A DNA stretch of 64,000 bases from Ruditapes philippinarum (Eukaryota), in the NCBI RefSeq assembly GCF_026571515.1, contig NW_026862940.1, forward strand, positions 1 to 64,000, written 5' to 3'. Every line of letters begins with the position of its first letter. Position 1 is the stretch's first letter. Both the position numbers and the translations under genes were made by a program. Shown here one piece after another: positions 50,577-63,529 of the stretch. The notes under the pieces are model-generated. The model made no database searches, was not told where the DNA came from, and saw nothing but the letters and a program-made list of their open reading frames with translations.

Positions 50577-51904
50577 TCATATTTATCATATTTGTCACCA
50601 CCTTCATAATGTTGATGATGATGATGATGATGATGACAATGATGGCTATATACTGATAATGTTGTTGATGGTGACGTTTTTTTATTATTAAATACTTTGA
50701 TTATTTATTTCTCTGAGTGAAAAATATTTCCGCCTCAAAGGACTGTTTAATATGATTTTTTTATATCAAGACATTTATTGATTAAGGCTGTAGCATAGCT
50801 TTGTTGTCTTCTACGACAGTAATTCAAACTATTTTAATGCTGTAATTTCAATTCGACTTTATTGTCAAGATCGTCTTCAACCAGTTATCCTAGAAGATTG
50901 TTATTTAGCATTGAATTGTCTAGAGGTTCTCTACCAAGTGATACTCTTCGGGTCAAATTTGTACAGAATCATGTAACGTTTCCGTCTCGTTATATACAAC
51001 ACAAAGCGAGCCGTCAAAATAACGACGACACAACTTTATTTTCCCATTCACGGCCATGTCAATTGTTTATATACGGGCTTCTGTAAATGTGGCCCCTTTT
51101 CTCAAGGTATTTTTGTTTTAATATATGCATGCTAATAAAGTTCTCAAACATCATCTTGTCTGCTACCGAACACATATATAGTCCAGACACCTTTGCTTTG
51201 AAAACTATGCTCAGTATTATAAAATTATACCAAGCTTGTTCAAATTATCCCCATTCCTTTTTTTTTCTTCAAGGGCTCGGTACTCTGGTATATCCTGTAA
51301 CACAAGATTGTGAAAATAACATAGGATTAGTTTTGTTTGTTTGTTTGAGTTTACGTCACACCGACACAGTATAGGTCATATGGCGACGTTCCAGCTTTAC
51401 TGGTGAAGGAAGACCTCAGGTGCCCTTCCGTGCATTATTTCAGGCACGAATGGGCACCTGAGTAGAATCACCGACGTCCCTTAAGCTAACTGGATATCTT
51501 AATCACATGAAAAAATTCCACACAGTGGTGAGGGCCAAGTGATTTGAAGTCAACGAGCTTAACCACTCGGCCACGGACACCCCATTGGATTAGTAAATAG
51601 CACGATATTTGACATATTGAACATCTCGCCTTTTACCGCATATATAAAATTCATAATACAAGCCTCTTGTTCTATTTTTAGATTAGCAACATCGATGGAG
51701 TACGTTGCCTACAACACACTATTGTCTGTTCCATGCACAGAGCCCTCTCACCTTGCAGTCTGGGCCAGTTTCTTCGCAACTGTAATGGACACGTACGCTT
51801 GCACGTGTCTGGCATCAACATATCAACTCAGTCACGTGATCATGTTACTAACTGTGTTGCTTGGATGCTACTATAACGTCGTGACCAGAATTGTGACGTC
51901 ATAA
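48468..51904 (+). CDS. Uncharacterised Cys-rich secreted protein with hydrophobic C-terminal tail (probable GPI anchor); exons 2-5
   Basis: Phase-consistent exons 48468-48627, 49349-49494, 49920-50040, 51682-51904. Translation: LFILALFGYCHG|GCTYSDINTGLNNC..EFCQSSAQTTLATCINNIFSACK..NLCSSSLVTDAQACM..IEICGLATSMEY..PCTEP..YACTCLASTYQLSHVIMLLTVLLGCYYNVVTRIVTS*. There is no ATG in exon 2, so the start codon must lie in an upstream exon. Confidence 0.8.
50390..50675. repeat. (CAT)n microsatellite switching to (GAT)n
   Basis: Imperfect CAT repeats to about 50608, then GAT repeats. Confidence 0.9.
51331..51583 (-). mobile_element. Full-length tRNA-derived SINE (Meta-domain-like bivalve family); degraded copies at about 1960-2120, 7390-7680, 37806-37880
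   Basis: Minus strand GGGGTGTCCGTGGCCGAGTGGTTAAG head, CTACTCAGGTGCCC..GGGCACCTGAGGTCTTCCT body, (AAAC)n tail; TSD ATAGGATTAG / ATTGGATTAG. Confidence 0.85.
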
Positions 51905-52026
51905 ATATCAGCATAGATTTAATGACTCAAATGATTGTATCGATCGTTTAGGAAATTGACTTTATTGTATTATGCTTTATACTTAAATAAGTTTTTCGTT
52001 TAACACTAAATTTGTTTTATCTATTA

Positions 52027-53106
52027 ATCACACACCCTTGCCGATTTTTCGTCTCCATAAAAATGGTATTGGCGGCTGTTTATATATTTTGATGTGACGT
52101 CGTTTAATTGAGTTATACTATAGACGCGTCTATATATAGAGGATATTGAATGAGTGTATGTTTAATACTGATTTTATTGAACAAGTTGAATAAATGATAG
52201 TTTGCGAGCCTCTGGCGAGCATGATATTATTTTATTCAACGAGTTCAGAAAGACTATTTAAGTGATAAGGCGTCATTTTTTTTATAAACGCGCCTATAGT
52301 ATTACGCTAACATTCAGCGCGTCTTCAGCGCGTCTTTACACAATATTTCTATAACGCAAATGAGGTCACGTCAAAATATTTGCACGGCTGTGCAATACCA
52401 TATTTACGCAGTCGCAAAATCGGCACGGGTGTGTGATAGATAGAGGATACTGAATTTATTGCACGAGTTTAATTAATTATATTATGCGAGCCTTTGGCGA
52501 GCATAATATTATTTTATTCAACGATTGCAATAAATTCAGTAATGAATTTACACGAATTAAATATTCTATTTATCACATACCCAAAATAAAGACCGTTTAA
52601 AGTGAAATAAGAGTCAATTTTCATTGACGCGCCTATAGTATAACGCTAACATTTAGCGCGTTTTTATAACGCTAATGACGTCACGTCAAAATGTATGCAC
52701 CGCCGTGCAATACCATATTTACGGAGTCGCAAAATCGGCACGGGTGTGTGATAAATAGAGGATATTGAACGAGTGTAAGTTCAATACTGAATTTATTGCA
52801 CGAGTTGAATAAAATTATATTATGCGAGCCTCTGGCGAGCATAATATTATTTTATTCAACGGTTGCAATAAATTCAGTAATGAACTTACACGAATTTAAT
52901 ATTCTATTTATCACATACCCAATATAAAGACCGTTTAAAGTTAAATAAGAGTCATTTTTCATAGACGCGCCAAAACTATAACGCTAACATTTAGCGCGTC
53001 TTTACTCTATGTTTGTTAATGCTAATGAGGTCACGTCAAAATATATGCACGGCCGTGCAATACCATATTAACGGAGTCGCAAAATCGGCACGGGTGTGTG
53101 ATAAAT
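52027..53106. repeat. Tandem array of about 310-350-bp palindrome-rich units with inverted outer ends; partial copies at about 47400-47670 and 50120-50390
   Basis: Each unit has a long hairpin centred on GCGAGCCTCTGGCGAGC. The outer ends TCACACACCCTTGCCGATTT and AAATCGGCACGGGTGTGTGA are inverted. Confidence 0.85.
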
Positions 53107-54124
53107 AGCAATAGATACGTTTACACTTTAAACAGTGTTTTTAATGGAATATTATATTCGTGTAGGTTCAATTAAGATAATCACATGTTTCTGTAAATTA
53201 AGAATTAAAGATATACAATGCTCATCTTTGGATAATATTTTTAAAGCAGAATTTTATTGAAATCTAGTTATTTCTTCTTCAACATGTCTTATTTAAATAA
53301 GTGAATGCATAAGCTATGTTTGGTAAGCTGTCTTCCCTATTACTAGTCAAATTAATTTGGCGTATTCTTATAAACACTGTCAGCTTTTTTTTATGACACT
53401 TTGTAATCAGACAGTGACAACCTGTGGTGTGTAAAATTTTAAACGTTACATATTTTCCTTTTGTCTATTCAAAAGATGTTTATTTTACATTTCAAATATG
53501 TTTATTTTACATTTCAAAATAGACTTCATAGTAATTACGATTTTTTTTCCAAACATCAAATTTGAGCGTACTATATCCTTAACTTTACAAAACTGCAAAA
53601 ACTATCATATAGTTTACCATTAAAATTATGCCTAAATAAAATATTGTTTGTGTGGAAAAAGAAAAAAGAACTAGATGATAGATTATAGGTCTAAATTTGA
53701 TGAAGGGTGTGGCGTAATCTTTGTTTAAAATACGCCAGTCAACAATACAATAAAAACCCACATGTGCACTTTAATTACAAATTCGTTTGCAACTTTACCT
53801 TTTATGTTATAAATTATTATAAATTCACAAAATATTTTTTTGCTTGTTAGTTTTCAGGCTTTTATTATTTATTTTTGTTATTGTTCTCGAGGGGTCTCCG
53901 GATCTCTTTTTGACCTGAATATCTTCTATATTTAGGAATTAAAAAAAGACTGTTATATATAAAATGCTGTATTTTTATATCTATTCTCATTGGCCATTTA
54001 ATTGATTTGCCTATTACGGGTACGATCATATATACATCTATGTTCCACAAAAATTCAACCAAATATTAAATGCATACATAACAGTCACTCACCAACTTGC
54101 CCTTGCGACCTATCGCACAAACAG

Positions 54125-54420
54125 ACAAAGTAGAGATAAATAAAGAATCCCTAGAGAAATCCCAACAAGACAAAGTTGAAAACGTTGCAGGCTCGGTTTG
54201 ATTGAGCATATTCATGGATGGCAATGGGAAGTGCAAGTTACCGGCCACGCCCCATAGCATCGGCTTAAGCAGAATTCAACATTTAATCATAGAAATGGTG
54301 AAATTTTGAATTTAGAAACATCCGCAGATGTGCTCATACGGCGGTTATCATGGAACCTTAAATGTTCCATTCTCATGCTATTCCATTAAAAACGGCGCAT
54401 GGTCCAAAATAATAGAAAAA
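54125..54420 (+). repeat. Interspersed repeat homologous to the host element at about 28810-28892 and 31693-32150 (uninterrupted copy)
   Basis: CAGGCTCGGTTTGATTGAGCATATTCA..CCCATAGCATCGGCTTAAGCAGAATTCAACATTTAA..ACATCCGCAGATGTG..GGCGGTTATCATG is colinear with the flanks of the LTR element and the Kolobok MITE. Confidence 0.85.
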
Positions 54421-56579
54421 CTTTCCTAAACATATCTCAAAAGTACTGAGGAAAAGACGACGTGTAAATTGTTATAGTCTATGTACACATAACAATGCTG
54501 GTGATTTGACCGGACCTTATCTAATTTTGATACAATATAACTGACATTGTCTCCACAACTTAGCTTCCTCAAAGTTTTACTTCCTTTAACGAAACACGTA
54601 ATGTAATTTGCCAAAATAATTTTTGAAAGGGCAGAACAATTTTCTTAATATGTCATTGTACTGATATATACAAGCTATCCCAGTCATTTCCCCTGAAGAA
54701 TTTCTTAAAAAAAAGTTTGCATTATTGGCTCATATGATATTCCAATTAGAGAAAATGGTGTTCTATGTATATTTCGCTCAGTTATTCTTCATTTATTTTT
54801 CTAAATAAATACATTTTTTGAAAAAGAAATTTTTTGTGTGTCTTTTTATTGAAATTCAATTTTAATTTTTTGTAACTCTTAACTATTTGAGTTCTCATGT
54901 TATCATTTAAAGTTAGACCAGCCTACTTTCGTTGTCAAATAAACATGAATGTGTCACTTTTTATTTATCTAAATAAATTTATAAACTTTGATACATACGT
55001 GAATCCAACCTAATATGTTAAAAACTACTGAATATGTTGTTATGAAACCAACTCATTTCGGTATAAAATTCACGAGTGAGAAACAGTAATAAAAACTTTA
55101 ACCATTATTTAAAATAAACTTATCGTGTTAAATTAAGATAGGATTTTTTAAAATCATGGTTGTATGATGATCCCCTCGAACTATGGCATGCAGTTTGCCA
55201 TAGCCTGTCTAATGACCTTTGGTCTGTGCTTCCTAACTTGGTTGAAATATTTACAATGTTAAATTGTACCAATTCACAATAATTGAGAAATTTACATTCA
55301 CGGAAACAATTGTGACATTAACCAGAAACAATAATATAAAGATAGCATGAATTGTTCTGAAATTATCATAAATGATACTTGTAATGTACAGACTTTTATC
55401 GACAGATATGTCCCTTAAGATTATAAGCAAAAATCAACACACTTTATTCCTGAAATCATTATCAAAATCATAGAAATGCTGAAATCGCAAGACTAAATAA
55501 GAATTTATGCCTTAAAAATCGATGTCTTTGTTATAGCACAATACATGTTAATAATATTTGTTTCTAAAAAATCATAAGATGTACTTCACATAACTGATAA
55601 ACACCCAACCCGTTGACTTATATGGCAGATGGTTAATCCCTGGGATCTCTATTTCTAACACGATCCCAGTTTTCTTACCATTTATGATTTATCTGAAATA
55701 AACCAAATATTTAATTCAAAAACCTATTTTGATATACATTGTAATTATAATGTCTTATTTTTTATACAAATTGTTTAAACCTGTAGGGTAGGTTTTATAC
55801 GTACGTGCTTAAAACGTTAACAAATAAATAAAAGATATCTCTATAAGTCATCAAAGTATAACAGGTCTACACTCCGTCAGAAACAAAATATACAGATATA
55901 ATTTTTTATTTTCCTGAAAAACTCTTACATACCATAACGCATCTAAAACAAAGTGCAAGACTAATCTATAATATCAATAATACCTATGGCAGGTGGTTAA
56001 TTTCCTAGGATTACAATATATTTAAAACGAACCCGAATCCCGGCTTTTCTAAAGACAACCCACACATACGCGTTGCTCATATTGGGAAAAATTTAGCGGG
56101 TGTTCTCCCTACGTGATACCATGATACTGTACATACAATTTACACTTGTATTACCTGCAGTTATATATAAGCTCAAAAACATTGTCCGAGTAATGAATAA
56201 TTATCATAATCTCAAAACGTTTATTTTCATTGTCCTCAAATTCTTCTAATTCAAATTCATTATACACATATCACGCCACGTTTGTTGGCCCCTTCCTTAA
56301 TTTTCATTAATAAACAAACAAGCTAGAACGCAATATAGGTGCACACAATAACAAGATTTTTTTATTAACCGAGTGCACTTTTAAGTGCACACCACCTTCA
56401 ATGTTTTGATCGTATCAAAACCAAAACCGCTTGTCTAATAAATAAGAGCAATTTACGCTTATCAATGAGGTTAACAACGCCAACGTACCGGAACATAATT
56501 ACGTTACGTTACGTAAGAAGTTGTTAGTGTAAATAATGTTTAACGTGCATATGATTTGTAACACGTTATTGCAATGCGT

Positions 56580-56694
56580 TATAAAAGGAGTTTCGCACTT
56601 CTGAAATCTGCACAACAAATACCATTCTCAACACTTGTACATCTCACGAAATACAGAAGACAAGAGACAAAACTACTAAATACAATTATTTTAG
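56580..56694 (+). promoter_or_regulatory. TATA box and non-coding exon 1 of the Pif-like gene
   Basis: TATAAAAG at 56580, a strong donor AG|GTAAGT at 56694/56695, and a polypyrimidine-AG acceptor at 58069, 27 nt before the ATG. Confidence 0.65.
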
Positions 56695-58096
56695 GTAAGT
56701 TACAATTTATATGTTTTAATTAATTTCCATTTTATTAACTGGTCTTGTAAACAAACTGATAGTGTTTAAGTAGTTTTAGTGAGTGTCAAAAATCTTAAAG
56801 CATATGCTTAAAAATATTTGTACAGATCTAATGGGGAACTTCACATGGAAAATATATGCAAACATTAAGAAAGAAATACATGTATAATGTACTTGAGACA
56901 CAACTACTATGGTCAATTTGAGTGCGACCGAGAGCTATACAAAAATTTAAAGATATACTATGCTCAAATGTATTTTAGAAAAAATTTAAATTACTACAAA
57001 GTCTCTATGTAAATATAAAATAAACATGTTTGACTTCACACAATGTAGATATGTTATGTTTAAAATTCTACCCTCTGAAGGTGGTCACAATATGAATATA
57101 TAGTGTCATTAAAAACTGACAGTTATTTAGGAAAGACTAACTTTTCTTGGCCTGTAACATGGGACACAGCCTGCTATACATAGTTTGTTCATTCTTTTAT
57201 TCAAATTTAGATATATTTAATAAGAATTTCATAGATTTTAATAAATTTCTATGCTTTATATATTCTACTAAAATGAAACGAAATTAGTTTGAATTTTTAT
57301 CAGCTCGTTAAACTCGTAAAAGGGAGACACAGGCAAAATTTTCCTTTCTTCGTTTTGATTTTTTCATTCATAATTCTGTAAATGTACACGAACAAAACCT
57401 TTCTCCTTATAAAAAAAAAAAAAAAAAAATCCACAATATCTGTTTCTGTAACTTCCATGGTTTGTTCAAGTCACTTGTCTAGTTTTAAAAATTCACAGTG
57501 ATTCTGTTGGCGTCTAAATTTCGTTCAACAAATATAGATATATTTACGCTTCAAACCAAAAATATATAGAATTTGTACATAAAATGATGGGACTTTAACA
57601 AATGTAATTTTAAGGTGATTTGAGTACATAAGATAATTTTGATATTTTCGTAATGTTTATATTAAATAAACATGAACAAAGTCGCTTTTTTGTTTACTTA
57701 ATTAAAGCCTAATTGTTTGTTGCTTAGTCCTGGTAACAGGCTTTTATTTTTAATTTAACAAGAATTTCACTACTTAAAAATCTTCTCAATAAGTCATATA
57801 AAATCGACATGGTTCTGGAAGCTTGCTGATAAAAGCGCTTAGCGCTTTTCAATTGACATCTCTTCGAAATTTTGTTTGGTGGGTTGGACAAAAATTAAAT
57901 TATCACTAAAAATTATCACTAAAAATATTAATTATTTGCTTTGTGTAAAACATTATTTTTTATAACAAAGATCTTACTGTAAACCTTTTCTGTTGATATT
58001 CATAAAGGAAAAAATACATTTGTAAGTGGTTTCATAAAGCAGTATACAATTTGTTTCTTTTTTCTCTAGGTTTGGAGAGCCGTACCCCGATTCAAC

Positions 58097-59287
58097 ATGT
58101 TGCCAGCGATATTCCTATCATTTGCCATACTGTACACGACACACGCCAATTCTTTGGATGAGCTCTGCACAACTAACAAGTTCACTAAAGAAGCTGGACA
58201 TTACAAGCACCCAACAGACTGTGACAAATTTGTCCAGTGCCACTGGGAATTAAACAGACTGGTTGCAGACGTTCGTCCATGTTCTTTCCCAACGTTGTGG
58301 AACACAGACCTTTTAACTTGCGGATCTGTCGACGTTACAACATGTAACAATGACAGATGCAAAAGTTTACCTGATGGTATCTTCTTTGGAGGGCATAACA
58401 ATTGCAGGGGGTTTTGGGAATGTGAAGGAGGCAAATCACAGCCAAAATGTTGTCCACTGGGGCAAAGATTTGACAAAACCGACGGGTGTATAGACACAAT
58501 CAATGAAGATGATGAATGTAAAGACAGTTGTATGGGAATTGTTTACGAATCGAAGAATGATACAACAAATAACACTAAAGTCTGCGAAAAAGAAGCTATT
58601 CCTAAACAGCCAGGGTTTTACAGATTTTTTCAATTAGGATGGGGATTCCGGGATCTGCCCTGTCCCCCTGGTACAAACTTTGACCAAGACGCTTGTGACT
58701 GTATTACTGCCACTGAACCTGCGAAAAAGGCCGAATGCAAACCTGAAATCCATCTCACTTTTACAGACAACCAAACAACAAGTAATGGTCATTTTCTAGA
58801 TGCAGAAAATGTAATGATAAAGGAAGGCGTTGCTGAATTTAATGGCATTGATAGTCGACTCAGTATTCCAAGATTCAACAACATTGAACACAGTAAATCG
58901 CTCGTCATTCGGATGACATACAATTCTACCCAAGAAGTATCTCAATACCCACAGGTCATTCTTTCAAACAGTGGCTGTGGAATTCTCCCATCTGTTCGGA
59001 TATCAGAAAACGCTGACAACGTTATGTTTGAAGTCGGAACCACAAGACATTTTATGGTATCGACATCAGTAAAGCAACCATCTAATGTAGAGAAAACAGT
59101 GGAACTGAAGTTTGCTAATGGTGTTTTAATGGGATCAGTAAACAGCGAGACCTCGGCAATTGCTGCTGACGGCTTTCTGAGAAATGTTCATTGTACACTA
59201 AATATTGGCTACGACCAGAAGTTAACACCATTTAAAGGCGTTATCAATGAGCTTTCTGTTTACTTATGTGATCCTGAGCAGCACTAA
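58097..59287 (+). CDS. Secreted Pif-like protein: signal peptide, 2-3 chitin-binding type 2 (peritrophin-A) modules, C-terminal LamG/ConA-like domain; 396 aa, single coding exon
   Basis: Intact ORF. Signal peptide MLPAIFLSFAILYTTHA; HPTDCDKFVQC..RPCSFPTLWN..LTC; NCRGFWEC..CCPLGQRF; CPPGTNFDQDACDC; LamG-like CKPEIHLTF..GVAEFNG..SRLSIPRF..LNIG..FKGVINELSVYLC. Acceptor at 58069/58070; AATAAA at 59689. Confidence 0.88.
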   Translation: MLPAIFLSFAILYTTHANSLDELCTTNKFTKEAGHYKHPTDCDKFVQCHWELNRLVADVRPCSFPTLWNTDLLTCGSVDVTTCNNDRCKSLPDGIFFGGHNNCRGFWECEGGKSQPKCCPLGQRFDKTDGCIDTINEDDECKDSCMGIVYESKNDTTNNTKVCEKEAIPKQPGFYRFFQLGWGFRDLPCPPGTNFDQDACDCITATEPAKKAECKPEIHLTFTDNQTTSNGHFLDAENVMIKEGVAEFNGIDSRLSIPRFNNIEHSKSLVIRMTYNSTQEVSQYPQVILSNSGCGILPSVRISENADNVMFEVGTTRHFMVSTSVKQPSNVEKTVELKFANGVLMGSVNSETSAIAADGFLRNVHCTLNIGYDQKLTPFKGVINELSVYLCDPEQH

Positions 59288-62200
59288 ACAATTTTTTTTT
59301 TTTTTTGTAAAAAGTATCCATGTATTCTTTCGAATCTGTTTCTTTTGTTTCAATGCAAATATTTGTTTTCCGTAAAATTAGTTTTTTAGCTTCCAGTTGA
59401 TAGTGTGCAGGCTCTCATACCCCCCGACTGTTGTACTCAATTAACATTAATCTATATTCTAATTCTCTACATCCCAAAAGTATTAGTGAGTTATCTACTC
59501 GTTGATAATATTTACATGTTTAAATATGTTTAAGTCCAGTAATGTCTTAAATGTCTCATTTTTTATTTGTATTGTCTGCTTTTCTTTTGTATTACTTGTC
59601 TATGAAGACTTTGTTCATCGACATCATAATTTATAGTTTTGCTCAGTATTTTTGACATTTGTCATTGAAATGCGAATTCCATTTTTAAAATAAAAAGTCT
59701 TTTTTAAAATCTTATATACCTGTTTTTATTCATTTTCATCATTGTATTTTAAACCTTGTCTGAAGACTGATTTTAGCAGTATAACAAATTCAAAGAAAGT
59801 ATTATAAGTCGTCTGCCCTAGATCCCACACCCAGATATACATGTTCAAATGTACTTTATAAATAACCCTGTATATTAGAGGAATTTTATAGATAAAATGC
59901 TCACACTCTTGCAAAACACTTGGAAAGACCTTCCGACCCCAACAATGTCCCTAAAACGGATAAGATATAAATCAATATGATTCGAATAATCAATAGCGAA
60001 CAATTTCAATTAATAGGCCATTAAGAGAAATATAACCAGCAATGTCTAAATATAAACTATTTGTCCTCAACGCATTTTAGCACGAGTTTCTATCCTTTAA
60101 TAAGAGAGCAAATAGACTTACCACGAAATTAAAAATATTTTGGGTTTCCCCCCAGCTTATCTATGGTACAAACAACATTATACCTTTAAAGCTTCGAAAA
60201 TAGGTGCAACATACTTATCTTTTGTGACCTCTAGTGCATAATACAGCGTGTCTTTGTACCGGGGGATTAGGTTGGGAAAACCCACAATTGACTAGTTCCG
60301 GATAATATCTAGTAAATTGAGTTTTTTTTATTCAATATGAAATTACATGCTTTTATAACAAATGGCAAATAAAGATATGTTGCATGCAAGCAGTTTCGTA
60401 GACAAAGAAATATATAACCTTTTTCAGGTATAAACATACCGTTAAAGAAGTAGCAAAATGTCCATACACGGTTTACTAGGCCATATAATAGTGCTCGGTG
60501 ATATCGTTACAAAATTACTCTGTTTTAACAGAAATCTGTCTAAACACGTTTTCGCTGAAAATGTCTTATCATTTAGAACTCTATGCTTGTATAGATTAAG
60601 TCCAAGTAAAAACATGATAATAAAATCAATTATAAAATAAGATTGTGCATCATAATTTATATCAGTAACAGTTTAAAAGGAAATTAAACACTTAAACTAT
60701 CACTCAACAACAACATATCTTCAAGTCCAATAAGCCAAACGAACCTCAAGCTTATATACCCTATTGGTTGTCCATGCAGCTGGCATAACGTGCTTAAGTG
60801 GACTGACGCGTGACCCACTTGCGGACACCAGTCTGCACGACTCCTTTCGCAACCTGAATGCTGTGCGTGCTGACATGCCTTAACAATGTTCAAAATGGCG
60901 CACAATGTTTGTACAGGTAACAAACATAAATACAAAAAATACATAAATATCCAGGTTTACTCAATATATTAAATTTTTATATAATAATTGTCAAACAGTG
61001 CAACTTACAAAATTCGCAGTATATATACAGATAATTCCAGTAAGAATGTCATAATACAAATATGTATACATAATTCGCTAAAGAAGTCATTCAAAAGGTC
61101 AGATTTCAATTTTAAATAAAAAAGAACATTGCAACCCAGTGCAGCATAAACTTACAAAAAAGAAATATATTTGCACTATTTATGGTATACAAGATTGATA
61201 CGCTTACTTTAGATTAACTTTTCTTTAAACTTGTTAACAGTAGAAACAAGAAGTCTCTTTTGAAAAGATACTCGGCCGAAGTAAAACTGGTTAACATGCA
61301 AAATCAAGTTATTTCTAAGTTTTCAATACAAAAGGAAATGTTAGCAATGTTTCCTAATAAAGACATTATAATCATTTCTTGTAGCTAAGAATTTTGTAAA
61401 CATTGAAATTAAATTATAGCATATTGTATTGATGGTTTTTTAAAGTAGGACAACTTCTTTTTGAAGAGTCCCTTTTACTTGTTTTACGTTTGACTTTATA
61501 AATTTTGTAATCATTTACAAATTAACCTAAAAGTTAAAGATCTATACTCATTCCTGAACATTTTATTTTAAAACTATCCTTTGCATTTTATTTATAGTAG
61601 CAAATCTGTTCCTTACATTTTATCTTAGAGCTATCATTAAAATGTTATTTTAGAATGATATGAATTGTCCTTAACATGATATTTTAGAACGATCAATGAG
61701 ATTCAACGACTTCAGTTTGTAATTTCAAAATGATCAATGAAAATTCGTCTCATAGTCAGTACTTCCCTGTTAATTTTACAGAAAGTCAATTTTACAGACG
61801 TACTTTGTTCGAAAAAAAAACCCTGCGAAAATCCCTTTTATATAGCTCAACATTTCAACCAAGCAAACTGTATTTAGACACAGCAGCAAGGAGTTCCATA
61901 AATGAAATCTGATGTTTTTTGGAGATGATGAAGGGCAAAAAATTGTACTTGAAGTTTCCGCGCCTTTGCTATAATCAGAACCAGGGTGCCAGGGAAAGCT
62001 GATTCGATGTGACCTTAACTGGCTCCGTGATGAGGAATGATCATATCTAATAATAACTGAGCTGTGAATGTCTTTGGCTGTTAATGACCCAATTGTTTAT
62101 GAACGAAATGAGAAATTGGCCAGTGTCATTAAATGTTGTTAAATATTCTCATATGTGATATTTTAAACTATTGTTAGACTTCATTATTATCACTGTCGAA

Positions 62201-62466
62201 TTGTTATGTTTTCGTTGAAATGAACCAACGAGGATAAATTGTTAGCATTGGAGTAATAATCTATATTGATTTCAATAAGAGAACGAATACAATGCTTAAA
62301 CTTTTAAATTAGATAAGAATCCAACATCCCCCAACATATAATTCATTTGATATCCAACAAATAAACTTCCCTGTTAAGAACGTGCTACAGTTTTCCTAGA
62401 AATACAAAAAATAAAGACAAAATAAAAAAAATAGGAAAAGTACAATTCCTCACATTCCAAAGTAGG

Positions 62467-62569
62467 TATATAAATAGGTATCATCAGTGTCTTTGTCGGT
62501 ATTTGCTGGAGTGTCTTAGAGGTATTTTCAATAAAGAATTTCGAAAACTCATTGAAATTATTGAAAATG
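62467..62569 (+). promoter_or_regulatory. TATA box and first exon ending in ATG of a gene that continues beyond the window
   Basis: TATATAAATA at 62467, then GAAAATG|GTAAGT at 62567-62575. No downstream exon was recognised in the window. Confidence 0.5.
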
Positions 62570-63529
62570 GTAAGTTACACTTTTTAAATTTCATTTTTTG
62601 ATAAAGATACATATACATATATTATAAGTTTTTGATCGTCAATAGATTGTATATGAAAGAAATGTATTTATTATTTTTTCTATCATTATTTGTTTTACAC
62701 ATAAATATAATGATTTTATTCCAATATGGCACCTCTGCTGGATTTAAAATTTTTCAAAATGAAAAAGAATAGATAAATAAATGAAAAAAAAACACAACAG
62801 AAAAAAAATGTTGTAAAAACGAAAATGTTTTAAGACTGTTTAAATCTTAAACTTAACGTAAAAAACTGTTAATTTAAATCATAAAACCAGTTTCGATTTT
62901 TGTTTACATGTTTAACTTGATTTACAGCATCTATATGTACTATTTCTGAATTTTAAGTGTTTTAACATACATATTGTTTGATTTTATCAACCCGTTAATT
63001 GCATACTGATTATTCGGACAATACACACAATATAATAATAAGTCTTTGATAGACTTTCGGTTTCATGAGGTTAACACAGTAAGATGCGATTAAATCTAAA
63101 TTGCGTCTATGAAATAGTTATACTGAGCGTTATAGCGAAAAGGAAAGTATGTTTCCTAGAACAGATTCCTAAACTTTTAAACGAGATAAGAAGCTATCAC
63201 CCATGATATAGTTCACTAAATGTCACATGTTAAAGTAAAATAAATGAACTTCCCTGTTTAGAATATGACAAAGTGTAAAGAAATGCAATAAAAAAAAAAA
63301 AAAAAAAAAAAAAACAGTTCTAGGGAGCAAACTTTCATTTTCATATCCCAAATGTAGAGAAGTGGTTATATAAAGAGTTTTTTTTATCGTCAATGGATTG
63401 TAATATGTAAGACATGTATCTGTAATTTTTTGTCCTTATTTGTTTACACATGAATACAATGACTTAATTTCCACATGTCACAACAGTTTGATTTCAAAAA
63501 ATTCAAAAGAAAAAAACAACAAAACAACA

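Noticed and set aside
50456-50656. Hydrophobic poly-Ile/Met ORF
   Set aside because: Translation of the CAT/GAT microsatellite.
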